In this document: one piece after another, positions 35,856 through 45,269 of the stretch
Layout of the letters: each line of letters begins with the position of its first letter
Numbering within the stretch: the stretch's first letter is position 1
Origin: a virus
IMG/VR virus record: IMGVR_UViG_3300031566_000037
Location: 1 to 56,758 of that record
DNA length: 56,758 nt
Direction: 5' to 3' (one strand)
The notes under the pieces: generated by a model
Told to the model about the DNA's origin: nothing
Database searches by the model: none
Seen by the model: the letters and a program-made list of their open reading frames with translations, nothing else
Made by a program: the position numbers and the translations under genes

Positions 35856-36943
35856 GTCTTCTCCTCCTCGCGGACATTTGTATTAACTCTCTCCGCAATC
35901 GCCTGACGAACACGAGCAATGATCTCGCTGGATGAAATCGCTCGCATACACTCCAGCGTCGTACATGTCGGTCTCTTGTCAAAGCAGGGACACTTGGGTA
36001 GCCCCAGGGATCCCGCCTTCCAAATTGGAAAGGCATATCGATAATGCGATAAGCGTAATCGTGGCGGCCAGCTTGAGTATAGATCTATATGAGGGGTTTC
36101 AACCGCTTCCGCCAAATGACACAACCCGGTATCCGGAGAGATCACGGCATCGCATTCGGCGACGATCGCACATAGCTGCCGGATATTGAGCTGCCCCGTG
36201 AGATTCAGATCGGCTGGCCAATCCAGGAAGTCGTTGTACGTTAAAACCGCCGACATATTCTCTTCATTCAGGCGATGCGCCACTTCAATGACTTGCGCCT
36301 CGGGGAATGTCCGCAGATGGATCGTGCTGCTTTTCGCAGCGATAGCCACGCGCGGCGCTGGGACTTCAGCGAGAGTCTGCCTGGCCCATTGGCGTTCGGC
36401 CTCGGTCAAGACGGGCACACAGAACCGATACTCCTTGGGGCGGCTCCCGAGGAGATAATCAAAATAGATATCGATCCGATCGGTGGTATATTTCGCATGA
36501 TGCCGTTCAGCGAATCCCCGCAAATCGATTGCATCAAAAGATCCCCGCATGCTGGAGATTTGATAGGTGCAGGTAAGCCATGGCACGTTTTCAAATAGCT
36601 CGCGGTGATAAGAATTAGTCGCCCAGGCAAAGCGCAGATGTGGGTGTGCCTCATCCAACGCTTTGATCGCTGCCGAGATAATCACCAGATCGCCGAGACC
36701 AATGTCGCGGACAATAACAACCTCTGTCCCGGGGCGGAGTTTCTTCAAGTGATCCGATGGCCAGAGCCGGAAGTCTTTGTAGGGGTCTCGGAAATATCCC
36801 GTCCGCAATAGCCAGTTATAATCGTGCTCACATTTAACACCGAAGATCTCGCCGCGCAGAGCGTGGTAGGTGTTGCTCATGGGGACGGTGCCCTGCCATG
36901 AAACGGAACGCTTCAGGATCAGGTGCCCGCAATACTTCGGCAT
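35840..36943 (-). CDS. family 9 glycosyltransferase (heptosyltransferase-like)
   Basis: VVIVRDIGLGDLVIISAAIKALDEAHPHLRFAW matches the GT9 N-terminal motif. ISPDTGLCHLAEAVETPHIDLY matches the DsG..HlAaA motif. Confidence 0.8.
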   Translation of the reverse strand: MPKYCGHLILKRSVSWQGTVPMSNTYHALRGEIFGVKCEHDYNWLLRTGYFRDPYKDFRLWPSDHLKKLRPGTEVVIVRDIGLGDLVIISAAIKALDEAHPHLRFAWATNSYHRELFENVPWLTCTYQISSMRGSFDAIDLRGFAERHHAKYTTDRIDIYFDYLLGSRPKEYRFCVPVLTEAERQWARQTLAEVPAPRVAIAAKSSTIHLRTFPEAQVIEVAHRLNEENMSAVLTYNDFLDWPADLNLTGQLNIRQLCAIVAECDAVISPDTGLCHLAEAVETPHIDLYSSWPPRLRLSHYRYAFPIWKAGSLGLPKCPCFDKRPTCTTLECMRAISSSEIIARVRQAIAERVNTNVREEEKTWAIR

Positions 36944-36965
36944 GGTTTACCCCTGGCAACATAGA

Positions 36966-37002
36966 GCAGGGAGTCCGCCCTTGGGCGCTGGCGGCTCCCT
37001 GC
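36966..37002 (-). terminator. Strong stem-loop 24 nt downstream of the capsid gene (attenuator/partial terminator)
   Basis: GCAGGGAG-t-CCGCC, a 10-nt loop, then GGCGG-CTCCCTGC: 13 bp with one bulge. Confidence 0.5.
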
Positions 37003-37025
37003 CCCGCGAAGATATCGTTGACGGC

Positions 37026-38057
37026 CTAGTAGGTGCTGGACTCGACGCAGCACTCATCCCTGGTCGTCAGGTGATCAAGCAATACTGCGGCATCGGTGTT
37101 GATGATGCCGGTATCGAACGCGATCCTGAAGATATGGAACGTCCGTGAATTCACGCCATCCCGCTGACGCTCGTAGTTGATATCATACTGAATACCAAGC
37201 ACGAGGTTCTTCGGGTCTGTCAGAAACATGAACGTCCCCGCCTGGCCATCTTCATAATGCCCGCAGGCATTCGCCAGATCGGTCGGCAGGAGCGGGATCG
37301 TTTCCATCGGAGTGGTCATCCAGGTTGCGGGAGCCTCCCCCGTGATAACCTTGTCCCCGAGGGCAGTCCCCCGCTTCTGCAGAATGTCTGCCCAATCCTG
37401 GAACACGTCGTCGGCCATGAAGAAGCGGAGTTTCTTTTTGTCCCGACGCCACTTGGTCGGGAGCTGCTTCATCATCTGCCCGAAATGACAGATGTCCAAG
37501 CAACAATTGGGGAAGGTCGGCGTCACAATGTGAGCCGCCTTGAGCTGCTTGTACCATCCATCGAAAAGGTGAAATACGCTGGTGTCTACATCCGCATGGA
37601 CATAGGAATGATCGATGTTGGCCATAAGCGCCATGATCTCCAACTCGTTTGCGAGCTGGGATCCGACCATCTTTAATACCTGCTTCTCCAGCGCATCGCC
37701 GGTGAGATTGTCTGCGAGCATGTCGTCGCAGATCGGGATGACGGCCTTGAATTTGCGCGCGGTCAGTTTGAAGCCTGTGGCCGACATGCCGCCGGTATCG
37801 ACGTAGTCACCACAGTTGTCCGGGCGCAGCATACCTTTGTTAATATCGATAAACCGCACCCACTTCTCATTGGTCGTCATCCGCTCGACTCTGACCTTGC
37901 TCCACAGCGTTGATTCATCGACGATGAAATCAATCAGCCGGTCAGCTTCCTCGGGCTGGATGATCGACGGCGCGCTCGAGCTTTGAATAGCCTTCTTAAA
38001 GTCGAACGTGTCCTTTGCTTCAACTCCAAGAAGCTGCATGGCGCGTGCCTTGCTCAC
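37026..38057 (-). CDS. major capsid protein (HK97-fold type)
   Basis: 343 aa. GTG start 6 nt after AAGGAGG. Assigned from position after the protease/scaffold gene and from an N-terminal region typical of major capsid proteins. Confidence 0.85.
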   Translation of the reverse strand: MSKARAMQLLGVEAKDTFDFKKAIQSSSAPSIIQPEEADRLIDFIVDESTLWSKVRVERMTTNEKWVRFIDINKGMLRPDNCGDYVDTGGMSATGFKLTARKFKAVIPICDDMLADNLTGDALEKQVLKMVGSQLANELEIMALMANIDHSYVHADVDTSVFHLFDGWYKQLKAAHIVTPTFPNCCLDICHFGQMMKQLPTKWRRDKKKLRFFMADDVFQDWADILQKRGTALGDKVITGEAPATWMTTPMETIPLLPTDLANACGHYEDGQAGTFMFLTDPKNLVLGIQYDINYERQRDGVNSRTFHIFRIAFDTGIINTDAAVLLDHLTTRDECCVESSTY

Positions 38058-38128
38058 GATCAGCCTCCTTGCTAGTAACGCCTCCTGGCATCCATAAACC
38101 TATTCAATTACACGATCGCCACCGATCG

Positions 38129-39904
38129 CTACGTCTTCTTGCTGCCCTCTTCCTCCTCGACCGGAATATATCCGCCCAGCATAGTCGAGTATCTCATCCC
38201 GGGCTTGCCCTCGGCGCCCTTGGCACCATGCATTCTCTCCTGCATGGAAACGCCACGCGTGTGCTCGATCGCCTGCACGCGATGATCCATGCCCCGAACC
38301 ATGTTCAGGACAAGATCCATCTTGGCCGAAAGCGCTTTCTCGCCTTCGGTCTCATCCGCCCCGGCGCCACCGTCGCCAGCGCCTTCAGCGCCAGCCCCGG
38401 CATCGCCTTCCCCAGCGGCCCCGGCACCCTCCCCGGCACCGCCTTCACCAGCGCCTCCGGCGCCTTCAGCGGGCTTCTCGCCAGCGGGCTTGCCCTCCGG
38501 CTTGCCTGCAGCACCAGCAGCGCCCTGTGCGCCGCCTGTGCCCTCAACGGGGGACTTGCCCGTTCCAGGCGATGCCTGCTCCTTGGGCGGCTCCTGCGCG
38601 GCCCCAGCAGCGGAAGCCTCCGCGCTGGCCATGACGGCCGAGGTATTGGCATTAACCCGCGCGATAATGAGGTTAAACTGCGTGGCCACGGCGTTGGCAT
38701 CGGCCAACGCCTCCGGGGTGACCGGCTGCAGCTCATCCTGCTTCTTGCCGAACATCTGCATGAATTCGGCGACCACCTGCTTTGCTACGGCTTTGACGTC
38801 CATCGGCCTCCTCCCTCCTTGATTGAGCCAGAACATCCTCTCAGCATCTGTAGTATCCGCTATCTTTTGCCCATGCCCATTCGATCCGCTTTCGGATTCT
38901 ATAACAAGCGAACCCGTCCCGTTTTTGTATCCGGCAAAATCCTTTCTGATCGCACCCTTGATCACAAGCGAGAGATCTTTAATGTGAACATCCATCAGCT
39001 GGAAAATCCCCTTGCTGCTGGTAGTGCGGGGGATAATAGGGATCAGCGTCCATACTCCCCCGATCGAGAATCCGTTGAGTTCGCCATTTTGTACCTTGGC
39101 CCAGGCAACATCGGAACACCTCACCCCGGCGACGCCAGCGCCTGGCATGAAGAATTTCGACCCCTCCGGCGCCTGGAAGCATTCAACGAGATCGCCCACG
39201 CCGCCCCATAGGATGTGATTGATACCAATGCCCCTTGTCCGGCCCGCAGCATATTCAATCATGAATTCATGGATCGCCTTCCCGATCTCATATTCGCTCA
39301 GGAAATGCCCCTGCGCATCGGTAGCCCACGGCACCAGGAATTCTCCATAGACAACCTTTTGCGAAGCCATGAGGGGATCCTGGGCGAACTTGAAGAATAT
39401 CTTCCCGTCGATTTTCTGCGGCTTGTAGGCATCGCTCTGGAGCCGTGTCTTATTGGCGCGGATAAACTGCTCTGCCGCCAACTTGGTAAAGATGGAATCA
39501 TCGAACCAGACGGTAATTAGATCCCAGGTCTCGGTGCCCTCATTGAACCCAAACTCCAGCCGGACGCCTTCGCTGTCTCTGAAATTAACCATGGCGGTCT
39601 TATCATAGGAATACACATTCGGCTCGAGTTCAATAGAAAACCAATTCGTCTTAGCGCCAACCAGCGCCACGATTTCCCGGGGATCGATGATATCTTTTTC
39701 CCGTAACGTCCAGCTGCCGGCAGCATCTCTGGTGTATTTCTGCTTGACCGCTGCCCAGGCGGCAATGCGTGCCCCCTCCTCGCGCACGGATTCTTCGCCG
39801 GTCAGGGTTTGGTAGGTTGAATTGAAGATCCGGATCCAGATCGCCTGTGCGCCTTTCGGCAGGTTCTTAATCGTGTCCGGGGGATTTGATAGGAGATACG
39901 GCAT
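38129..39904 (-). CDS. ChaB-domain / XkdF-like prohead protease / scaffold fusion protein
   Basis: ATG at 39904 preceded by GGAGAAG. ChaB-like segment: IKNLPKGAQAIWIRIFN...ARIAAWAAVKQKY. XkdF-like segment: EFLVPWATDAQGHFLSEYEIGKAIHEFM...GELNGFSIGG. Then a Gly/Ala/Glu low-complexity region and a helical C-terminus. Confidence 0.75.
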   Translation of the reverse strand: MPYLLSNPPDTIKNLPKGAQAIWIRIFNSTYQTLTGEESVREEGARIAAWAAVKQKYTRDAAGSWTLREKDIIDPREIVALVGAKTNWFSIELEPNVYSYDKTAMVNFRDSEGVRLEFGFNEGTETWDLITVWFDDSIFTKLAAEQFIRANKTRLQSDAYKPQKIDGKIFFKFAQDPLMASQKVVYGEFLVPWATDAQGHFLSEYEIGKAIHEFMIEYAAGRTRGIGINHILWGGVGDLVECFQAPEGSKFFMPGAGVAGVRCSDVAWAKVQNGELNGFSIGGVWTLIPIIPRTTSSKGIFQLMDVHIKDLSLVIKGAIRKDFAGYKNGTGSLVIESESGSNGHGQKIADTTDAERMFWLNQGGRRPMDVKAVAKQVVAEFMQMFGKKQDELQPVTPEALADANAVATQFNLIIARVNANTSAVMASAEASAAGAAQEPPKEQASPGTGKSPVEGTGGAQGAAGAAGKPEGKPAGEKPAEGAGGAGEGGAGEGAGAAGEGDAGAGAEGAGDGGAGADETEGEKALSAKMDLVLNMVRGMDHRVQAIEHTRGVSMQERMHGAKGAEGKPGMRYSTMLGGYIPVEEEEGSKKT

Positions 39905-40139
39905 CGCGCTTCTTCTCCATGGCATCTAGCGTGCCCATGATCTGATTCAACTGTGAATTGAGCTCCCGGGCGAGCGCCGTTAATTCCATAAGGGTCTTGC
40001 GGACTTTCTGTTCTTGGTCAACGGGGATGGCGATTTCCATTCTAAGGGGTTGTGCCTTCATCCCCCCAGCATCCCGCAAGTCCATTACGTGCGGGTTTAA
40101 AATTCGTGGTCGATCTCCGTTGCCCTGCCCGTTCGCCAT
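39867..40139 (-). CDS. hypothetical protein (90 aa)
   Basis: RBS ACGGAGG. Overlaps the downstream start by 38 nt. Confidence 0.45.
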   Translation of the reverse strand: MANGQGNGDRPRILNPHVMDLRDAGGMKAQPLRMEIAIPVDQEQKVRKTLMELTALARELNSQLNQIMGTLDAMEKKRDAVSPIKSPGHD

Positions 40140-40234
40140 CCTTGGCCTCCGTAAGAGTCAGCCCTTCGAATTAGGGCTTCGAGAGCCTCTAAGCGCGTCA
40201 TCCATCGGGAGTATAGAAATCTCCCGATAGCCTG

Positions 40235-40396
40235 TCAAGAAATCTTTTTGCACCGGGGGCACTTGATTCGGATCGGCATGTGCCGCTGTGCGAATTCCCT
40301 CTCGGTAGGCGTGCGGTATTGCCCGAGCTTCTTATTGCAGAATTTACACCGCTTATCAGAGTCACCTTTGGGATCCGTCCCAGATGTCCTCTTCAA
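40235..40396 (-). CDS. possible zinc-ribbon mini-protein (53 aa, TTG start)
   Basis: Below the track cut-off. AAGGAG lies 9 nt before the TTG. Sequence ...RCKFCNKKLG...IKCPRCKKIS. Confidence 0.3.
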   Translation of the reverse strand: MKRTSGTDPKGDSDKRCKFCNKKLGQYRTPTEREFAQRHMPIRIKCPRCKKIS

Positions 40397-41231
40397 TGAG
40401 TTCGACTCCTTCCAATACCGGCAGGAAGGTGCATTGACAATGCACGAGTTCCTCGGCCCCTGCCGAGGGATCGCCCGGGTGCATCATCTGATGCGCACCG
40501 ACAGTGAACGGCGCGTCCATGCGCTGCCGCTGGCCATGTGCGTCCATATGTGTCTGCCGACTATTCCGAAATGAACAAGCCCAATCTTTGAACTCTACGC
40601 TTGTGGTTTTGTAGACTTCAAATTGCGCCTGCTCGACGGCGATGAGCGTTTCTGTCCGCGCCGTGGCATTCGCTCTGCCAATTGAGAACTCATCGAATTT
40701 CGCCGCAATCATCTGCCCGACCTGCAATGGGTTCAGCCCCTTGTCATAGAACCCGGTCGCGATGGTTCGGGACAGATCATCGATCAGATCGTCGGCAAAA
40801 AACTGCCCCCATGCGGCTGCGCGGACTTTGAGATTTTCAAGTACAGCGATATCTTTCAGATTAAATGAGCCAGGCATGCCCATGCGGATCTGTGCCGTTT
40901 TGCCCCCCGCATTATATGCCGGAAGCGAACGCACCTTGAGTGTCGCTTCCATCTCGGCGGCAAGCCCCTGGTGGGTACCTCGCAGATCCGACAGCAGGAT
41001 TTCTCTAACCAACCGCTCCTCTTCCGGGCTGGCCTTCTCGGTGCGTTCTCTCTCGGTCTTCACATAGATCCGCTCCAGGGTATCCTGCTTTTCCATCGCT
41101 GCCATCCCGGTGCGTTTGGCGTCAACCACATGCTTATGAATAGCGTCATACGTGGCCCGCTCAAGCGGCTCCAGTGGAATCGGGCGAGTAAAAGTTTCAC
41201 GCGACACGGTGCTGCTCCCTGAAGCGGCCAT
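40362..41231 (-). CDS. head morphogenesis protein (Mu F / SPP1 gp7 family)
   Basis: ARTETLIAVEQAQ...WACSFRNSRQTHMDAHGQ...HPGDPSAGAEELVHCQCT matches the family signature (R..H..ldG ... P....NCrC). Confidence 0.85.
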   Translation of the reverse strand: MAASGSSTVSRETFTRPIPLEPLERATYDAIHKHVVDAKRTGMAAMEKQDTLERIYVKTERERTEKASPEEERLVREILLSDLRGTHQGLAAEMEATLKVRSLPAYNAGGKTAQIRMGMPGSFNLKDIAVLENLKVRAAAWGQFFADDLIDDLSRTIATGFYDKGLNPLQVGQMIAAKFDEFSIGRANATARTETLIAVEQAQFEVYKTTSVEFKDWACSFRNSRQTHMDAHGQRQRMDAPFTVGAHQMMHPGDPSAGAEELVHCQCTFLPVLEGVELIEEDIWDGSQR

Positions 41232-42708
41232 ACATTTCCATCGCTTTTACCTGCGCCTCGGGATCCATCAGCGCCATGAAACTCGGGAATCCCATGGCAG
41301 CACTCCCGGGTGTGCCAGTTGTAATCTCGCCGCGCCGGATCCCGAGATCCATCATCGCTAACTGCGCCTGGATTACCTGAAACGGCAGATTCGCCCACGG
41401 CTCCGGAATAGCCGGTAGAGCCATTTTCAAGAACCTTGTCATGTACTCTCGGCCTTCATTAATCGACATAAATGGCAGCACCCCGATCCGCGCCAGGATC
41501 TCGGCTTCGCGCTGTTCGTCGAGGGTGTCGATCTCATCGAACTTCGCATAATGATCGTGAACGAACAGCCCCTCTTTTATCAGGCGGAGCAATTTCTTTT
41601 CCCATGTCTCTTGACGCGGTTTGGTAATCGAATGCTTGTAAACTTCAATCTGTGTCTCACCACTGCCGGTGCCGATGTTGCCGGTTTCTATGATGCCCAC
41701 GCGATTCGGGAGCATCCCATAGGAACGCAGGATCTCATCGCGGTTGTCTCTCCGGTATTCGCGGAAATCCGCGTCCTTATGATCCGGCCCCAGCTTCTTC
41801 CACTCGAGTTCAATCTCCTTGGGGATTTCCAGGTAGAGTAGCCGGTAATGATCACCCCGGAGCACGAGCTCGAGGTGGTTCGTAATGTTCTCACGGAATA
41901 CGGCGAGTTCCTTGTCCATGCCGACCAGATCGCCCTTAACCATCAGGCACCATTCCGGCAGCGTCCGGTTGAAGAAGAACTTGATATTCCGATCTGCCTG
42001 GTATTGATATCCCCGCACCGCCGATAGCGCAGGCACAATCCGGGGGATCCCGTAGACCGGCGAGAACGAATGATAATGCCGGAACCAGATCATCTCATTA
42101 AGCAAAGCCCCCGTATCCGGATCCCGCGATCGTTCATTCTTGGGATCGCTACCGAAACGCCGGAACCACACCTTCTGCGCCCCACGGATTTGACAGAAAT
42201 TCTTCATGTCAATTGTGATCCGCACCTCTTTCGCTGGAACGTGATCGAGACGCTGAACGGGCTTGGTGGGCAGGTTCCCGATTCGCGTGCATTCGATGTA
42301 GCCGTTCCCGGTCGATTCCCAATCCATATTTGTGGCATCAGAGATCTCGCGGAAGGTATCGTCCGGATTGCAATCGCCGAAGAACATCTCGACCGCCAGG
42401 CGATTTTGCTCACTCGCCAGGTCTTTCTTAAAGGGAACGATGTGCAGCCCCAGCCCTGAGACATCGGTTGAAATCTGATTCACGGTAACCGCAAAATCGG
42501 TGCTGCTCAGAAGAAGCGCCGCCATCTGCTCCAAGGATTTCCCACCGAGCGGCGGGATCTCAAGATCCCATGCGCCTTTACTGTATTGCCGGAAAAATGG
42601 GTCAACAATTTTCGTGGGCTGCATCCAATCTTTATATGGACGCTTCGGCCCTGGCCCCAAGGATAACGCCTTAGCTCCGCGCTCTTTTATGATATCGCCA
42701 TCAGCCAT
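41197..42708 (-). CDS. portal protein
   Basis: 503 aa, immediately downstream of the large terminase. Confidence 0.85.
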   Translation of the reverse strand: MADGDIIKERGAKALSLGPGPKRPYKDWMQPTKIVDPFFRQYSKGAWDLEIPPLGGKSLEQMAALLLSSTDFAVTVNQISTDVSGLGLHIVPFKKDLASEQNRLAVEMFFGDCNPDDTFREISDATNMDWESTGNGYIECTRIGNLPTKPVQRLDHVPAKEVRITIDMKNFCQIRGAQKVWFRRFGSDPKNERSRDPDTGALLNEMIWFRHYHSFSPVYGIPRIVPALSAVRGYQYQADRNIKFFFNRTLPEWCLMVKGDLVGMDKELAVFRENITNHLELVLRGDHYRLLYLEIPKEIELEWKKLGPDHKDADFREYRRDNRDEILRSYGMLPNRVGIIETGNIGTGSGETQIEVYKHSITKPRQETWEKKLLRLIKEGLFVHDHYAKFDEIDTLDEQREAEILARIGVLPFMSINEGREYMTRFLKMALPAIPEPWANLPFQVIQAQLAMMDLGIRRGEITTGTPGSAAMGFPSFMALMDPEAQVKAMEMYGRFREQHRVA

Positions 42709-42723
42709 GTTTGTCCCCCACGA

Positions 42724-44277
42724 TTATTTCCCAAGCGAAGTGGCTTTAAGCCCACCGCGCGTCCTCTTGCCACAGGCGCTGGTGAAAAACCAAGATGCCA
42801 TCAGGCGATCGCCTGTATGCTCAACGGGATCGAAGCGTAACATATCATCTATCCATTCTGCCGATTGATGGTTCCTGGGGATCCGCCACATACGGTTTTC
42901 GAAGTCGACAGACATCGCGCGAACGCCCAGGGTAGGATCCGCCTTGTTCTTGCCCGTAGTAAAAGGATGCAACCGGATGGCCTTGGCGAATCGTTTAATT
43001 TCATCAAGCGCCATGGAGCCTTCGGATGGCGTGTTTTTGATGATGGCTCTAAAGATCTCATCGGCGCCTCTTAGGAACTGCAACAGATAATCCTGTGCCG
43101 AATTGTTTTCCACCTCAAACAGCACAGGCTTAAAACGATCCTGAATCTGACAGAAATTCTTGATGATGTCAACAAGTCCCATCCGGCCTGCGATGATATT
43201 GAGCACCACTTTTGTCCCATGCGGATCCACGCCGCCGATAAAAAACACCGTCTCATGTGCGCCGCGCTTCTTCTTGACCGCCAGGTCAACGCCGACATAG
43301 ACCTGCAGTTCATTATCGTCATAGCGGGAGACAAAATGCCTGCCTTCGGCCTCGGCCAGTTCAACGCATGTCTCAATCGCTGCCCGGCTGAAATCATCAC
43401 TCCCGCGTTCCTTGTCGGGGATATTCTTCATCGATCGTGCATACTCGATCGAGCTGACCTCGGCGAGTCTTTCCTTGCGGCGCCACTCCGGCCAACCACA
43501 GACCTCCCCCGATGGCATGATTTCAAGATCCGGCCAGAGATCATCGTCTGCATCATAGCGTTCGACGTGATAATTTGTATTCGCGGCAGCCCAATGCATC
43601 GCGTCTTCTGCGTGCCAGGCATTGCCGATCATCCAGAGGCGCGCCAGCGCGGTAAGCCTGGAGATCACCGTGTTCTTGACATATTCAATCACCCGCTTGC
43701 GCTGGCCCCGGGTTAGAGTGTTTTCGAAGTCGAGGATATCATCTAAGATAGCCAGGTCGAGGCGCGCTCCCATGATGTTCCCGTTCACCCCGACCGCCTC
43801 TACCGTATAATCCTTATTCGACAGATCCTTTCGCTCAACAACGATGTGACTGTCCTGCCAGCCCATGACTCGCCCGCGCCTGCGTTCAGGACGCACGTGT
43901 GGAAACACCGCCTGATAGCGTGCGTTATAGCCAATCGTCTGGCGGATCACGCCGAGAAATTTATGCGCCTGGCCAGCCGTATTGGAAACCAGCGCTGCGC
44001 GGATGTTGGTGTTCTTGCCGATCTCCCAGCTCAGGCGGCACACGGAAATTTGCATCGACTTCCCGTGCTCAACCGGAGCGAAAATAACCAGCCGCCGATA
44101 TTTATTGCAGAGATCCTGCCACTCGTCATGAAGGGGTTGTGCCTTCCAGCCGAAAACGTACTCGCCGAAGGTCGCCGGATCCTGCCTGGCTACCTGGATC
44201 GTGTCGCGTTCGTAAGCGCCGAGGTCGGCCTCCAGTAGATCCTGATCGTGCTCAATTTTCCCGGGGGAATCTGTCAT
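42724..44277 (-). CDS. terL: terminase large subunit
   Basis: ATG at 44277 (ATGA overlap). Walker A-like motif FAPVEHGKS. C-terminal nuclease-like region. Confidence 0.9.
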   Translation of the reverse strand: MTDSPGKIEHDQDLLEADLGAYERDTIQVARQDPATFGEYVFGWKAQPLHDEWQDLCNKYRRLVIFAPVEHGKSMQISVCRLSWEIGKNTNIRAALVSNTAGQAHKFLGVIRQTIGYNARYQAVFPHVRPERRRGRVMGWQDSHIVVERKDLSNKDYTVEAVGVNGNIMGARLDLAILDDILDFENTLTRGQRKRVIEYVKNTVISRLTALARLWMIGNAWHAEDAMHWAAANTNYHVERYDADDDLWPDLEIMPSGEVCGWPEWRRKERLAEVSSIEYARSMKNIPDKERGSDDFSRAAIETCVELAEAEGRHFVSRYDDNELQVYVGVDLAVKKKRGAHETVFFIGGVDPHGTKVVLNIIAGRMGLVDIIKNFCQIQDRFKPVLFEVENNSAQDYLLQFLRGADEIFRAIIKNTPSEGSMALDEIKRFAKAIRLHPFTTGKNKADPTLGVRAMSVDFENRMWRIPRNHQSAEWIDDMLRFDPVEHTGDRLMASWFFTSACGKRTRGGLKATSLGK

Positions 44278-45269
44278 CGCCCAACGTACCCTAACCCCTC
44301 GAGCCGTTTTAAAACCTCCGGATCCGCAGTCGGCCACGGCAGGGACGGCCCGGGTTGTTTAATGGAAAACCGGCGCAGAATCGTATTGAGCATCATGTGG
44401 TGATTGGCAGGTTCATAGACTTCACGAACGGCCAGCTGGATCGGCAATGGTGTCCGTGCGATGAGAGGAACCCGGATGAGTTCGGGAAACATCCCATAGG
44501 CATGAATACAAAAGCCCCGCTCGCCTAAGCCTTCACCGTGGTCGCCGGTAACGAAGATCTCGGCATCAGGAAAGGCGTCAAAGAGTTCAGGCATCTTCGA
44601 ATCGAGAAACCGGATCGCCCCATCATAAGCAGCGATGTAACACGCCGGATGGTTGGCGATGCGTTTGCCGAAATACCGCGAGCCCTCCGCTGTCCACTCC
44701 TGGCTATCCTCGCCGCACCACTCGATCAGCGCGCCGATCTTGTCGAGGATCTTCATGCCCGGCATCGCCATCGGCCCCCAGCGCTTCTTGTGGGTTTGCC
44801 AGAGAGCATCCCCGACAAAGCGCTGGTGGTTGCCCCAGGGCTGATACATCGCATGCGTCTCCTGCAGGTGCAGCACCCCGAAAAACTCCGGGCGGCCTCG
44901 ATGCGCAGCGATAAAGGCATCGATCATCTGATTCGCCGTTGGCCTCTTGCCGCGCCGGTGGTACCACGCAGGCCAGGATTTGAAGTCGAAAACGCTCGTG
45001 GCCATGCGCTGGCCTGCCGGTGTCGCGTTGCCGCTGTAGAATGATGTGTGGATCTTGTTGCGGGAGATCGTCAGTGCATAGTTGGCGATCCGCTGGAACG
45101 TCCCCTTAGTCGCCGAGGCGTTAGACTTAAAATCGTTCCACATCAAACCCTTGGCTCCGGTTACGACGGAATCCAAGAACGGAGTCGTCTCGCGATCGTA
45201 CCCATAACAATGAATATGATCGCTCCGCAAACACTCGATCATGACAAGAATAACCTGTGTTTTATTCAT
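44274..45269 (-). CDS. alkaline-phosphatase-superfamily (sulfatase-like) hydrolase/transferase
   Basis: 331 aa. Motifs VILVMIECLRSDHIHCYGYD and IFVTGDHGEGLGERG. No CxPxR formylglycine motif seen. ATGA overlaps at both ends. Confidence 0.7.
   Translation of the reverse strand: MNKTQVILVMIECLRSDHIHCYGYDRETTPFLDSVVTGAKGLMWNDFKSNASATKGTFQRIANYALTISRNKIHTSFYSGNATPAGQRMATSVFDFKSWPAWYHRRGKRPTANQMIDAFIAAHRGRPEFFGVLHLQETHAMYQPWGNHQRFVGDALWQTHKKRWGPMAMPGMKILDKIGALIEWCGEDSQEWTAEGSRYFGKRIANHPACYIAAYDGAIRFLDSKMPELFDAFPDAEIFVTGDHGEGLGERGFCIHAYGMFPELIRVPLIARTPLPIQLAVREVYEPANHHMMLNTILRRFSIKQPGPSLPWPTADPEVLKRLEGLGYVGR

Noticed and set aside
38015-39211. 398-aa plus-strand ORF, the longest plus-strand ORF in the window
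   Set aside because: It is antisense to the protease/scaffold gene. Its composition is Ala/Gly/Pro/Ser/Leu junk typical of the reverse frame of GC-rich low-complexity coding DNA. It has no RBS and no domain.
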